DNA of 64,000 nucleotides from assembly GCA_000320545.1 (NCBI GenBank), contig ADNK01003483.1, forward strand, positions 1-64,000. The letters run 5' to 3'. The stretch is from Bigelowiella natans CCMP2755 (lineage: Eukaryota; Protista; Cercozoa). The notes under the pieces were generated by a model, which saw only the letters and a program-made list of their open reading frames with translations, was not told the origin of the DNA and ran no database searches. Of the stretch, positions 20,081 through 43,508 are shown piece by piece (the first letter of the stretch is position 1; every line of letters starts with the position of its first letter). The position numbers and the translations under genes were made by a program.

Positions 20081-21566
20081 CTATGTGGATCATCAACTCC
20101 TCAATCAGGTTATTGTGTGACATTAAAACATACATTAATTTACATGCTTCAACAATGAATGGTGACGACACAACAACATAAACCGTCTCAGGATGAAACT
20201 TGCAATGTACTTGAGCCAATACTACACTACAACACATTAATATTTGGCAGCTCATCTTTGTTTGCGTCATGGATACGTTTTGTTTGTTCGTTTGTTTGTA
20301 AATGCGTTGCATCAGATAAATGATAAAACCCTTGTCAGAAACTAGTACGGGCATTCATGCAATGTAAGCTGTTCTTATGATATATCAAGACGATCGAGAT
20401 TGTCAGAGAGGTAAGGAGACATCATATCATCATCATATTCACACGGACTACTATCCTCATATTCTGGATGGAGGCTGTGCTAAAACAGCAAAACATGTAC
20501 GGTGACAAGCTGTGTACCGTTTAACCTGTTGTTGTTGTTGTTTTTCTACATACAGCCTTGGAAATTCAAAATGGAGAATTGTTCCAATTTAAAAGGCAAT
20601 AAAAGGGAATTATAGTTCCTTTTAAATTTCCAAGGGTGTGATTATGGCCATTCATTTTAGAACAGCAGGTTTCCAGTTGCTTTCTATTATTGATTCGACG
20701 ATTATTTTACACCATGGGAGAACCTACCTTGAGATGATGGGATGATTTTTGCAGCCGGAAATCTATTCCATTTTCCCCCTCAGCTATCGAGAAAAAGGCC
20801 TCTCTTGTGAGCACCCCCCATTTGCTGCAGGTGTGCATGTAAGGTGGAATTTTATGGACTTAGGCATTGCAGCATCTTTTTCCAATACGAAATAGTCATA
20901 ATATGGTTTCAGCTCGCACATTACCCTTGATTGTAGCAGTATGTGATTATCGGAGATAGTTCTTTGATCCATTTCACGTAAATCTATTAAGAAGAAGAGG
21001 ATGGTGAAAGGATGATGATTTAAATCTTCTAAAGACGATACAACTTGATATTACCTCTTGTGGAATTCTATCTGGAAAAAGTATCTTCGAAGCTGAGTTC
21101 ATTATATTTCTCCTGGAAGGAGCGGTATTATGTTATTGGGGTGGGGACTGCTGAATTTTCACACTCCAATGTTGTTCCGCAGAGATTCTGCGATTTTTCT
21201 TCGGTGAAATGACTAAGAATTGAGGCGATTATTTCGATACGACAAGACGGAGTAGTAGTCGCAGTGTGTAATGATAATGAAGTTAGAAAGTAGTTCGTAG
21301 AAAGATATCCAGTAAGTAATAATAATTAAGCCAAACTACTACCTACTACTTTAAAACCCAAATGATCATCATCGTCTAACCTCTCCCCACCCACTAACTG
21401 CACTGCCTACCCACCTACCTACCTACCTACCTACCTACCTACCTACGCATTGGGATTATTAACACTCTTATCTGCGCTTAAATCTATCTCCTACCTACTG
21501 AAGGGGATTGATTCTCTAACACCCTCTCAAAATTATCAAGAAATCTTTCACAACGGCCAGAATTGC

Positions 21567-22516
21567 ATGCAATGCACGTTACTCCTCTCTATTATGGCAG
21601 TTCTGTACACGCAGCCTATGCAATTATCCAACTCCGGAAGCAAGGCCAAGCAGGATGACTGGGAGATCAATGCGGAAAAACTGAAATTTATATTTCTAAG
21701 GGGAGGAGTTCTTTCTTCTGGCGGAGCTGCTGGGAACAGTTTTAATTTTGGAAAAAAGGAGGCAGCAACCATAGGGACTAGGTTTTTCCGTCGGCAGCAC
21801 AATAGACGACAGCATAGTTGTAATAATAGCAGTGACAAGAAGGAGAAGACTATTGCTGCTCGACAAGAAAATAGCACCGTGGACTCTAGTTCAGAAACAC
21901 CGAGTTTAACAGGGCGAAAGAGTAGTAGTCCATTAACAACACACAGAAAGAGAAAGAGAGCGAATAGCCGTGATCACGGCACTAAATCACGAAAACATTC
22001 TGTCTATCGTAGCTCAAGTCGTCGTCCTCTCCGCTATCGTCGTTTCTCCTCCCCCCATCGTCGGCAACAAACAAGTCAAATGACAAGAGCTAATGATGGC
22101 CAACACTTACAACGACGGAAACAGCAAAATCATCATCATAAACACGGAAGTGCATCAGTATCCTCATCATCGACTATTTCTCGCACCAATGATGACGACA
22201 GCGACTCTAGCGTGCGCAGGAAGGAGGAAGAGATCAAGAAGTTAGATCAAATTATTCCTACATCCAATACCGGATACTTTAGACCAAAATTCGAACTCGG
22301 TTACGCCCCGGAAGAGCTGAAAATTCGTGAGCAGCTGGTATCACCAAGGGTCAAGAAGAGGTCAATATTTGTCGGAAACTTACCGTTAGAGTTCAAGACT
22401 CAAGACTTAATCAAACTCGTGAAACCGTATGAATTATTTTCAAATCGATTTATTTTGCTGTCTTAATTCAAGTGTTATTTCTCGAATTTAAAGAACAAAT
22501 ACACAAAGAGACACAT

Positions 22517-22578
<62 letters not shown>

Positions 22579-23085
22579 TATATATATGATTGTGTATGAA
22601 TAAATGTGTATAAATGTGTACATGTGAGTGATCATTTTACGGACACATATATTTGATACGCAATTAAATCATATGAAATTCTATTTTGGTAGTTATGGAG
22701 AACTCGAAAACTGTTTTGTTTGCCTCGGAGAAAAAGCACAACTTGAGGGTTGGAGGTAGTGTATTAAAAAACGAAAAAATCATCGAAAGCTCATATGTCG
22801 ACTTTGATTGCAAAACTGACTTTCTTTTTCAATTGATAAGATATGGATTTGCTATTTTTAAATCGTTGGAAGGAGCTCAAAGATGCTATATGGTAATTTT
22901 CATAGGATAGTTTGTCTTTTTAAAAAAATGTAACCTTGTTTGATGGATTTTGCATACCAATAATATGACATATCTTCTTCAAATCGTAAAAGGAACTTAA
23001 CTCCGTGACTATGAACGGACAAAATCTAATCGTGGAACCCTCAAGATTCAATCCAGAATTTGAAAAGCACGAAGATTATTTGTAG
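21567..23085 (+). CDS. RS/basic low-complexity protein with a C-terminal RRM (4 exons)
   Basis: Spliced RRM: RSIFVGNLPLEFKTQDLIKLVKP|YGELENCFVCLGEKAQLEGWR|YGFAIFKSLEGAQRCYM|ELNSVTMNGQNLIVEPSR...YL* (RNP2 IFVGNL, RNP1-like RYGFAIF). First ATG at 21567. Confidence 0.85.
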
Positions 23086-23925
23086 CAGCAATCTGGTCGT
23101 AAAGACTAGCACTTGTTAGTTGTGCATCTTTAGTCTACTCGTCTTATATTCAATATCGTCGTTGAAATTTTGCGTCACTAGTCATTTCAGCATGATCAAA
23201 GTCATCATTTTTGTTCATGTACCAAGTTCGAATCACCACAGCTATCTACACTCTAGCATGGGTTCACACAATAATATCCAAAGTCATCGGTAGTAAAAAT
23301 AAAATAATCTTATGTTCATTTTGTATGCACATGCGTCGATATAGTGCGTAGCAGCGATTACAGATAAGAGAGTAAAGATTACATACGACTAGATATGGCT
23401 AGTTGGCATGGGAATCGGCAGCCGGTCGGTGAGATGCAGCTCATCTTTCTAGCTACAAGCTCTTATTGCTTATCATCGTTATAACTTGAATCTTACATTG
23501 TAATGGTTTCGAAGCATACCGTTGATGATATTTGTTCACTTGAATGATAAAATGGAATTTGATATGCTTTGTAAATAGTGCATGAAATGCGTACAAATCA
23601 GAGCAAAAATTACCATATGTACCAATCTGAATCTCTTTCTAGTTCATCTATCTAGCGCTAGTGCGTAGTAGTAGAATTCCAAGTTGGTCAGACAACTAGT
23701 GCGATCGACATCATGCAAACAAGCAAATTCTTTTACTTTATAAACAATGTAGACACTAGCGAAAATTTAATAATGTATAATTGCATGTGGATGCATATCT
23801 TTCGGTCTTCTCGATCATATCAATTATGCGATGCCGCAATTTGCACATTACTTAATAAGTCATTTCCGATGCGATTGATTACAGTTTTTATTGCAACGTT
23901 GGATTACGATTGATCATATCATCAT

Positions 23926-35306
<11,381 letters not shown>

Positions 35307-36683
35307 CTGAGCCACCATTATTCGAAAAAAGATAGAGTTGGAATATATATACTATATATAATATAATATTTATATCATATTTCTGAGTCACCATTATCCG
35401 AAAAATTATAGATATCTCGAATATAAGAAATAGGAAAGGGGTTTGGTGCATTCTTCACTTCTACAATGTGAGGATGCTTCTACTGGTGTAATTATTTAAC
35501 GATAAACGAACAATCAATCAGCCAGAAAATAATGAGCATCCTTGTTTGAACAAACATATGATCATGTGCATCATCATCATCATCATCATCATGACCACCA
35601 TCATCATCATCATCATCATCAACCATTAACCCGATTCGATCGATGTTAGGAAGATCCCTCCTTCTATTGATACTTCATAGGTCTTTTGATGAAGTATTTA
35701 TGTGCATATGATTGATGGGTTTGACTAGCAAAGATTCTCTGTGTTCCAGATCACCAAGGATGACCTGGAATTTTGCAATAAGACATCAGGATCAGTATTG
35801 TCGGTTAAGACTTTTCATGTTTTCCACTAAATGCTGCATTCCCAGATGTCTCCTCCTTTTTTTGCCTTATTTAATTGCGGGGATATTGAAAAGTAAAAAC
35901 TCCGATATCTGAGAACGAGAAGGATTCGAGAACTGAAAATCGTGGAGCTTTTTGTGTTTTTCTGTGGCGCATAGGTTATAAAAAGGACTAAATTAAACGG
36001 CATGTTACACCACAAAAGAAAAGGTTCAAATACAAGGCGATTTTTTCTCTAGTTGGACCATAGAAAAACAAATTAGGGATAGAAAACGCAACACCAGCAA
36101 TTGCGCAAATATGAAAGTGTTTCAGTCTTATAAAAAATTACTTATGACTAAATTCATTGACAAATATTGATTTATGATCTCTAATTTTCTGTCGTATAAA
36201 TTAAATATATTGAAAATCACTATGTTTATATTTTCCGAAAGCTCCTCTTTTGGGCTTGTCTGATCATTATTCTCTCGCTCTCCGTCTCTACTCAGACAGA
36301 AATCTCGGTTGTGTAGATGATAAATGACGTCCATTCAACGTAGAAGACAATGATAATTTGGAATATTGTTGCGAAACACTTGACATTTTATCTCTAAATC
36401 TTTCTGTAAACGCATTTAAAGGAACGGGAGAGCTAGTTTGTTTAAGTAAGGCCGCCATTCCCCCACGCTTTGCCTCTACCTTTTCTCTCCTAGTGAAACG
36501 ACTAATCTACTCCCGTTCTTATATAGAATTATGCATTAATGTGTAATGCTTGTTGTGCCTCACCTATGTTTTTATGGAAATAAGTCAACCAAACCTAATT
36601 CTATCTAATCATTGTTCAGGTCAGGAGACTAAACGAACTATTAGATAGCCACAAGCAAAGGCAGATTAAACTACAAAACGAAC

Positions 36684-37181
36684 ATGCCGTTCAACCCTGA
36701 TAAACTAAAGAGGCTAACATCCAAGTCCAACTCAGTTCGGATTGGAGGAAAAGGCTCAATCAGAAGGAGGAGGAAAACTATAAGGAAGAATCTCTCGCAT
36801 GACGATAAACGCCTTACCAACACCCTTAAGCGCCTAAACGTGAGAGATATCCCTGCCATTGAGGAAGTTAACCTTTTCAAGGATGATGGTACAGTGATCC
36901 ACTTCGCCTCTCCTAAGGTCCAGGCGTCCATCGCAGCCAACACCTATGTAGTGAGCGGAAATGCAGAGAACAAAAAGCTTCAAGAACTTCTTCCTGGAAT
37001 CATCAGCCAGCTTGGCCCTGACAACCTCGAACATCTTAAGAAAATATATTCGTCATACTCGAATGAAGCGCCTGAAAACAAAGGAGACGACGAAGATGAC
37101 GACGTTCCTGTGCTCGAACAGAATTTCGAGGACGCTACTAAGGAGGACGGGGACGATGACGATCTCCCCGAGCTTGTTTAA
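36684..37181 (+). CDS. BTF3: Nascent polypeptide-associated complex subunit beta (BTF3/EGD1), intronless CDS
   Basis: VRIGGKGSIRRRRK...DDKRLTNTLKRLNVRDIPAIEEVNLFKDDGTVIHFASPKVQASIAANTYVVSG...LPGIISQLGPDNL, followed by an acidic DVPxLxxNFE tail. Confidence 0.97.
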   Translation: MPFNPDKLKRLTSKSNSVRIGGKGSIRRRRKTIRKNLSHDDKRLTNTLKRLNVRDIPAIEEVNLFKDDGTVIHFASPKVQASIAANTYVVSGNAENKKLQELLPGIISQLGPDNLEHLKKIYSSYSNEAPENKGDDEDDDVPVLEQNFEDATKEDGDDDDLPELV

Positions 37182-37749
37182 GTGCTGGAAAAATAGGAAA
37201 TCATTGGGGATCAATTCTCGATCTATCTGCCCCAAGTCGAGTCTTTGTGGGCGGTGCGGGAGAGAGTGCCGCATTGATGCACTGGCGTTACCATGAATTT
37301 GGCATGCGTTGTATCGTGAGAATATGTTAGCCACCACAAACTATACGCATATGCCTGCCGGTCAGGCCCTAGGCCGTTAGCTATGTACATAGCATCCTTC
37401 ACCACTTATGTAGTCATTCCATCCATTAACTTTATCACGAACCTGGCATTGTCCACATTCATTAGTGGAAACTACTTCCATCAAAACTTCATGCATGCGC
37501 AGCACCTAACCTCCTAATTAAGTACGGTTCTACATCTAAAAAGTGGATATAGATAAGATTGAGAGACATATGGTGGGTAGACGGTGAGTTTTACTCTCTA
37601 CAAGGTACCGAGGTCAAAACATTAACGAAGATTTTCAGTCTTCTCTCTCTGTCTCTATCTCTATCTCTATCTCTATCTTCTTCTCTTTCTCTTCACACAA
37701 AATACACATTCTCACATCGATAAGATCTGTCTAGATTCACAATGATGTT

Positions 37750-40700
37750 CATTGTTGCAGCATGTGCGTTCACATGGACCATGTAGGTCGGTGTGTTTGT
37801 GTGCGCATGCACAATAACTGTGTCAAATGTGCAACGAATGGCATGAATTTTCAATTGAGGGTCATTGAGCACACACCTGCGCGCCCAGGTGTGTGCTTTT
37901 TGCGTGCGTGTGCTGAAACTTCGCACGTCCATGAAGCCAGTGTGCACACACCCTCATGAGCTTGCAAAACTTGTGGCACGCAAATGCAAATGCGCTACAC
38001 AAGTCCGTCAAACCCGGCAACGACGGGGTTGTGAACAGTGCAGCGATTTGCGACGCGCTTTGAAGCAGCAGGCAGTTGCAGTTGGTCAAAGAAAAGTCAT
38101 CAGAACTTGTCCGATGGCCAAACCTCAAAAAATGACCGAAATGTTGACCAAAATGTCCATTTTCAAGGCCTCAGTGAGCGCGCAAAGTGTGAAAATTCAC
38201 ACCCGTTGTGCAGCGGATGCACGCTGCGCGTTTGTTCTCTGCCACATTTTGAATGCTTTTGCGTGTGCGTTTGACCAAGTGTGACATGCACGAAAAATTT
38301 CAAAGAAATGCGAGCAAATCCAATGTCCATTGCATCGCATGACGCGCTCATTGGTCGCGCGCAAAAGCTTCCAAATGCACATTCTGGCGATTCGTTGCAG
38401 GTTTGACGGACTTGTGCAGCGTGTTCAAAAGTGGCAAGAATTTTTCAATTTTCGCCCGCTGGCAGGCGTTGAAAAGTGAGGTTTTCAAGCCAAATTCGAA
38501 AAAAAATCAAACTTGAACCTCAAACAGGCTCCAGTGTGCTTCCGATGTCCAATTGCAACGATTGAGCGCGCCAGGCCGCACGCGCAAAGCACGGTTTGTT
38601 CAAAACCCACTCGTCACCGGGATTGACACAGTTGTGCAAGACAGTGCGCGCACGTTGTGTGCACAAGTGGCACCAAGTGGCAGCATGGGCGAGCTGCGTG
38701 TTGTGTCCGCATCACAATGTCACCACACGACCAACGAACGCGACGTTCACGCATTTCTGCTGAACCAGCAAAGCAAGGCGTGGCAGAACAGTCAACACCA
38801 CGCGTGCTGCTAGCTAGCTAGGCCAGCGTGTGTGAGAGACACGTGCTGGTTTGCCATCACCATTGTCATCCACGTGCATGTCGTGTGTGCTGGCTGATGA
38901 TGATGCGTCATCCGATCCTCCACAAAAACAACCACCACCTAGCTGGGGCACAGGCGGCACAACAGAAATCCACAGACACCTCCAGACCTGTCCGCCCAAT
39001 GCTTGCTAGCTCAGCTTGCATGTCAGCAGTTTGTTTCACCAGCGCGAGCGCCCCTCGTCTGCGTTCAAGCAAACACGTTGATCTGGTAGACGTGTGTGCG
39101 TGCGCATGTTTTCACACGCACGCCAATCAAACCTCGTGCCAGTGCAGCTCAGAGCTGCAGCCACATCGTCGCATGGCTGTGCGCGAAAAATGAATGCACA
39201 GGCAATGCTGGAACCAGGCTGGCAGGAATGCCAGAATGATCGATGCATGCAGAGCACTGCCAGACTGGCTAGCTGGATCGTGTGGCGCTGCACTGGAAAG
39301 TTCCAGACTGGCAGAGCCAGAGAGTCATGCTGTGCTCTGCACGCAATCTGAGCAACAGACTGTCGCACCGTGCAGTTGCACATGGCGCCAAACAACGTGC
39401 ATGCGAATGGCAAGCTGCCGGGGTCGATGGCGAGCTGCCTTGAGGGCTAGCTCCCGAAATGGGATTGATCGTGATTGCAATGCTGGAATGGCTAGCTGCC
39501 TTGATGGCCAGGTGCCATGCGAGTTGTTGGATGTGCCTCGGGAGCAGAAGCCTGCATCAGGATCAGAGGAGAGACAGTCAGTTGACGAATGACAATGACA
39601 CAGTGCATTGCATGTCCATCATTGACAATGACAATGACAACAACGACAATGGTCGCCATTGGGAAACGAACAAGTGAACAAAGAAATGGTGGTGTTGATG
39701 GCAGTCGAGACACTGGCATCAAGTGTGAACAAGGAAGAGGACGACAGCCACACCTTGCGTGAAAACACGAACCCAACCATCGTGCGTGCACGTGACTGAT
39801 TGGCGCACTTGACTTGCGTTCTCACGCCTTGGGCACGCTAGCACGACAAGCAGAGGGCTGCGAAGTCAGTGAACCAAGCAAACAAACGTGCAAACGTGGA
39901 GTCTTGTCGGTGGAGGCAGGAGCAAAACGGAATCACAGGCAGGAGCAACGACGCCAAGGAGGTGTCGGTGCAGGGCTGCAGGGCGGCGACACCAGGGAGG
40001 TGTCGGTGCTGGGCACGAAGGGCAAGAGAGGCGCGGTGTCTTGGGGTGCACGTTGCCTGATGGGTTGGTGTTGCAGACGTGGTTCTGGCATTCGTGATTG
40101 TTGAGTTGACAAGGGGAAAGGTTTCAGATTGAAACTGAGAAACACCGGCGACGGCGCCGGTGACGTGAGACGTGAGCCGCCTGCACTTTGGGTGTCATTG
40201 GGATTGACACCGTGTTTTTTTGATGTTCAATGGTGTTCATTGAAAGGTCATTTTTCCGTTCATTGTTTCCTGCTTGCGTGCGTGTGCGAGCGCGGCGCAC
40301 CAGGCAGCACGCACACCAGCTAGACCAGCGTGATGCTTGCAAGCACACACACATTGCACACCTCCAGATCTGGAGATTTGCACGTCCAGCTAGCTCTGGA
40401 GCTAGCTAGCTGCACGGACGTGCTGGCCACACCCAGCTGGCCAGCTCCAGAGCCAGCGACCAGTGGGCACACCCAGACACAGTGGACACCACTGGACTGG
40501 CACGTGATGTCGCTCATCACCCAGTCATGGACATCATCTGTGGTCACTGGGTCATGTCCACGATGTCCATGCACTGCTAGCTAGCTGGACAAGCTAGCAA
40601 GTCCATTGCACACATCTCTGGATCTCTGAACCTGTTCACCGTCACATCAACAGCTAGCTCTGGAGCTGGGTCATGCTGCAATGTCCACTGGTCTAACTCT

Positions 40701-41400
40701 GGAGCTAGCCAGGTGTGATGAAAGCACGATGAACCTGACGCATCGATTCATTGATCAGAACAAGAGAATCAAGGCAGCCCAGCAGCGCACTGGTCAGCTA
40801 GCTGTCTAGCTGTCCAGCTAGCTAGCTAGCTGAATTGCAGCCTTCTTGCAAACTTCACCGCCAGTGCAACTCTGACCAACTAGGTGAGCGCTTTTCTCAA
40901 CGGGGAACACCAGCTAGCCAGAACAGTTCAGCTCGATCGAGCCACGTGCATGCTGGTGCCCGAACAATTGATGCACGCTTTTGTGCGCACTCCAGCACTG
41001 CTAGACTGCCACAGCCTTTCGCATCAATTTTGGAATTGGCGCTAGCGAAAGCAATTGTGGACAACGTGACATGATGTGCATGCTGGCATGCAACACACAT
41101 CACATTGCTATGTCCATCATGCTAGCATGGCAGGAAGGAGATGGTGACCCAGAAACTAGAAGCGCCCTTCTAGCTTTGTCGCGTGCCACAAACCGCCATG
41201 CTTCGCGGGGCTGCGGCGCCGTGGATTCTAGGCATGGGGAATCGAAATGGACTTGAATTTTTGGCATGGCTAGCTAGATGATGACTGCGACATCTCAACA
41301 ACTTGTTTCTCGCCCTGTGTAGAGACATGTCATCATGCACAATGACTTTCATCTCACTGGTTACATCTAGACATGCTTGCATGCATTGTGCCCATGGGCT
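37750..41400. other. TpA-erased island 3 (strongest; convergent intergenic)
   Basis: No TA at all in 37998-38810. In 37990-41350 about 33 of about 38 TA are in CTAG. Confidence 0.92.
37993..38421. mobile_element. ~430-bp MITE-like element with ~30-bp terminal inverted repeats and a probable (mutated) TA target-site duplication
   Basis: Left arm cgctacacaagtccgtcaaacccggcaacga (37993-38023). Reverse complement of the right arm (38392-38421) is cgctgcacaagtccgtcaaacctgcaacga. Both sides are flanked by TG. No recognisable coding capacity. Confidence 0.65.
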
Positions 41401-42099
41401 ATCACTTATAGCTTAATTAGTCACATATTTCTTTCCAAATACTTTCCTGAACATCTGATGCATTTTACGATCATCCCTCATTGATTGAGGAAGAAGTACG
41501 ACCTGCATGGCAAACCATTTATATTTTGGCAAGTAAGGGTTTTACTTCGATCTAGTTCTGAAAAGATTCTTTACCACGCCCCGCCAATGCTCAGGCAGAT
41601 AACGACACGTAAACGTTTAACAAGAACATGATATCAAAAAATTTAGTAGTGCGACCTCTCCATTCAAAATGGCTGCTTGTACATTCGAACGTGCCGCTAT
41701 CATGTACTGAGAAATATTCTTTCAGAAATGCAAACGCTATCGAACAATGATTTTAAATCGAGTTGCCTGTATTGTGTTGGTCATTGCCACTTTTTTGAAT
41801 CGGTTGTATAGTGTATTTGAAGACCTAGTTTTTAGAAATGTATCATTTAAATGCTGTAGAATTCATCTGATTTCTCACCAATTGTTGATCTCCAATACAT
41901 TTTTGGCAAATTCCATTGGATACCTAAACAAATTATCATGATTCATTTACATCCAAATTTATTATTTCAATTTATGATACTACCCTTTAGCGTTTCTTGT
42001 AAAATCTACTGTATACGAACTGTCACTTCCACATCTAAACAGCAAAAGAATGAAGCAACACTATGAAACGTTTCAAATTCAGCATATACGATCAACTTA

Positions 42100-43508
42100 C
42101 GTGCTCCTTTTTACACCCTCTACTCCCAATTCTGGATGGGGACTCAGATTAAATAGCAAAGGTTTCCACTAATTCGACAACCAAAAGGATTTTCCCATTT
42201 TATGCGATTAACAATACCAAGCAAATATCAGATGAAAGCTACCTTTGGTCGGCTTTTCTTTTTTGAATAGCTTTGACGTAGCAACAATACTTGGATCGAT
42301 TCACTAGTCATGAGGATATCCACCGGTGAATCTTGATATTCCTCGTGTTTAGCGTTTACATAGAATCTAATATATATGTACGATGCTAAGTGACATTTTT
42401 CTTTTTTACTTTCTTAATGACGAAAACATACTCCGAACACCTTAACTCTGCCTTAGCGACACACTTAGTTCCTTGGTATTTTCTTAGCAAAGATATGACA
42501 GTGCTGTATTCTCCTGCCTGCGTGAATGAGAATCTAAGAAATGTCGAATACAACTGTGTTCAAAGGACCTCGCTGAAGATGTTATTTGCAGTTTGCGAAG
42601 GAGAAGGTGGTCTTGATATACATTTTAGCGTCGAACTTAAAGTCTGCATAAAGAACTCCCTTCAGGTTATGCGGAAAATGACACTTATCAGAGTCTTGGG
42701 TCTTGGTAACCTTTATATCCTCCCCGAGAAACCGCTCTACCTTTGATAGACTTCGTGATGAATTACTTGATGTGCTTTTTTCCGAATCCTTTCGATCACG
42801 TGGAGCACGCTGAGTTTCTATCTTTAATCTTCTGTTTGCAGTGAAAGCCATGCATTTTTCTTTTTGTGGAATGTTAAGTAACGGCAATTTTGGCTGTGGG
42901 TCAAACCATTCACTCATCAAGGAGGATGAAATCGAAGACAATGATTCTTGAGAGTATTTTCTAATTTTTTGCTCAGATTTAGATTGAAAATTGAGGAACA
43001 AACTACTTTTAAGTTTCATTCTAGAACATTGTGAGTTTTCAGGAGCTCTTGGGCAAACTAGAGCATGAATTCCAATTCCAAGTTTAGTTGGGAGACTCAT
43101 TCTCCTTTTCTGAGACGCACCTACATTATTCATCCCGCTGTATCTAACATATGTGTCAGGTATCTTGCCAATCCAGGGTTGCAATAAATGTGATCCGGAG
43201 GAGATCATTGGATGTTGAGAAAAGCTGCTCATTTTTAATTCCCTGCGCTGCCGAACAATGCTTGGCGGTGAGAAAAACATCGATGCAAAAGTTTCCCTTT
43301 CCGATAAAACGGCGTTTGATTGATTTGATGAGCAGCTAGCTCTTCTAGCATCATTGTAGCCCTGGAAACTCCTTGGCACGGAATATTCCAACTGCGATTG
43401 CCTGCGTTTTCGATCCAAATGCCTAAATGGTCGTGAATGCATTGTGTAGCGAACGAGAGGGATCTCCACTCTTTGAAAGTCAGGCAAACTATTTCGACGC
43501 AACCACAT
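42100..43508 (-). CDS. Hypothetical Ser/Arg-rich protein (308-aa ORF 42582..43508 plus probable further 3' exons)
   Basis: Long ATG-initiated ORF with RRNSLP/RRMSLP/RRAS motifs. Open GT-AG-bounded segments at ~42435-42515, ~42245-42360 and ~42100-42150. Confidence 0.5.

Noticed and set aside
20720-21110. Possible small separate minus-strand gene or first exons of the EEP-PAP gene
   Set aside because: Could not build a consistent spliced reading frame or recognise a family.
37693-41382. Dense overlapping ORFs rich in Cys/His/Ala in all six frames (also 131-732 and 45524-46295)
   Set aside because: Artefact of TpA loss: TAA and most TAG stops and Tyr codons are missing. No protein family is recognisable.
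37750-41400. CpG methylation or classical RIP as the cause of TG/CA excess
   Set aside because: CpG is abundant here and TpA is lost rather than gained, the opposite of both.
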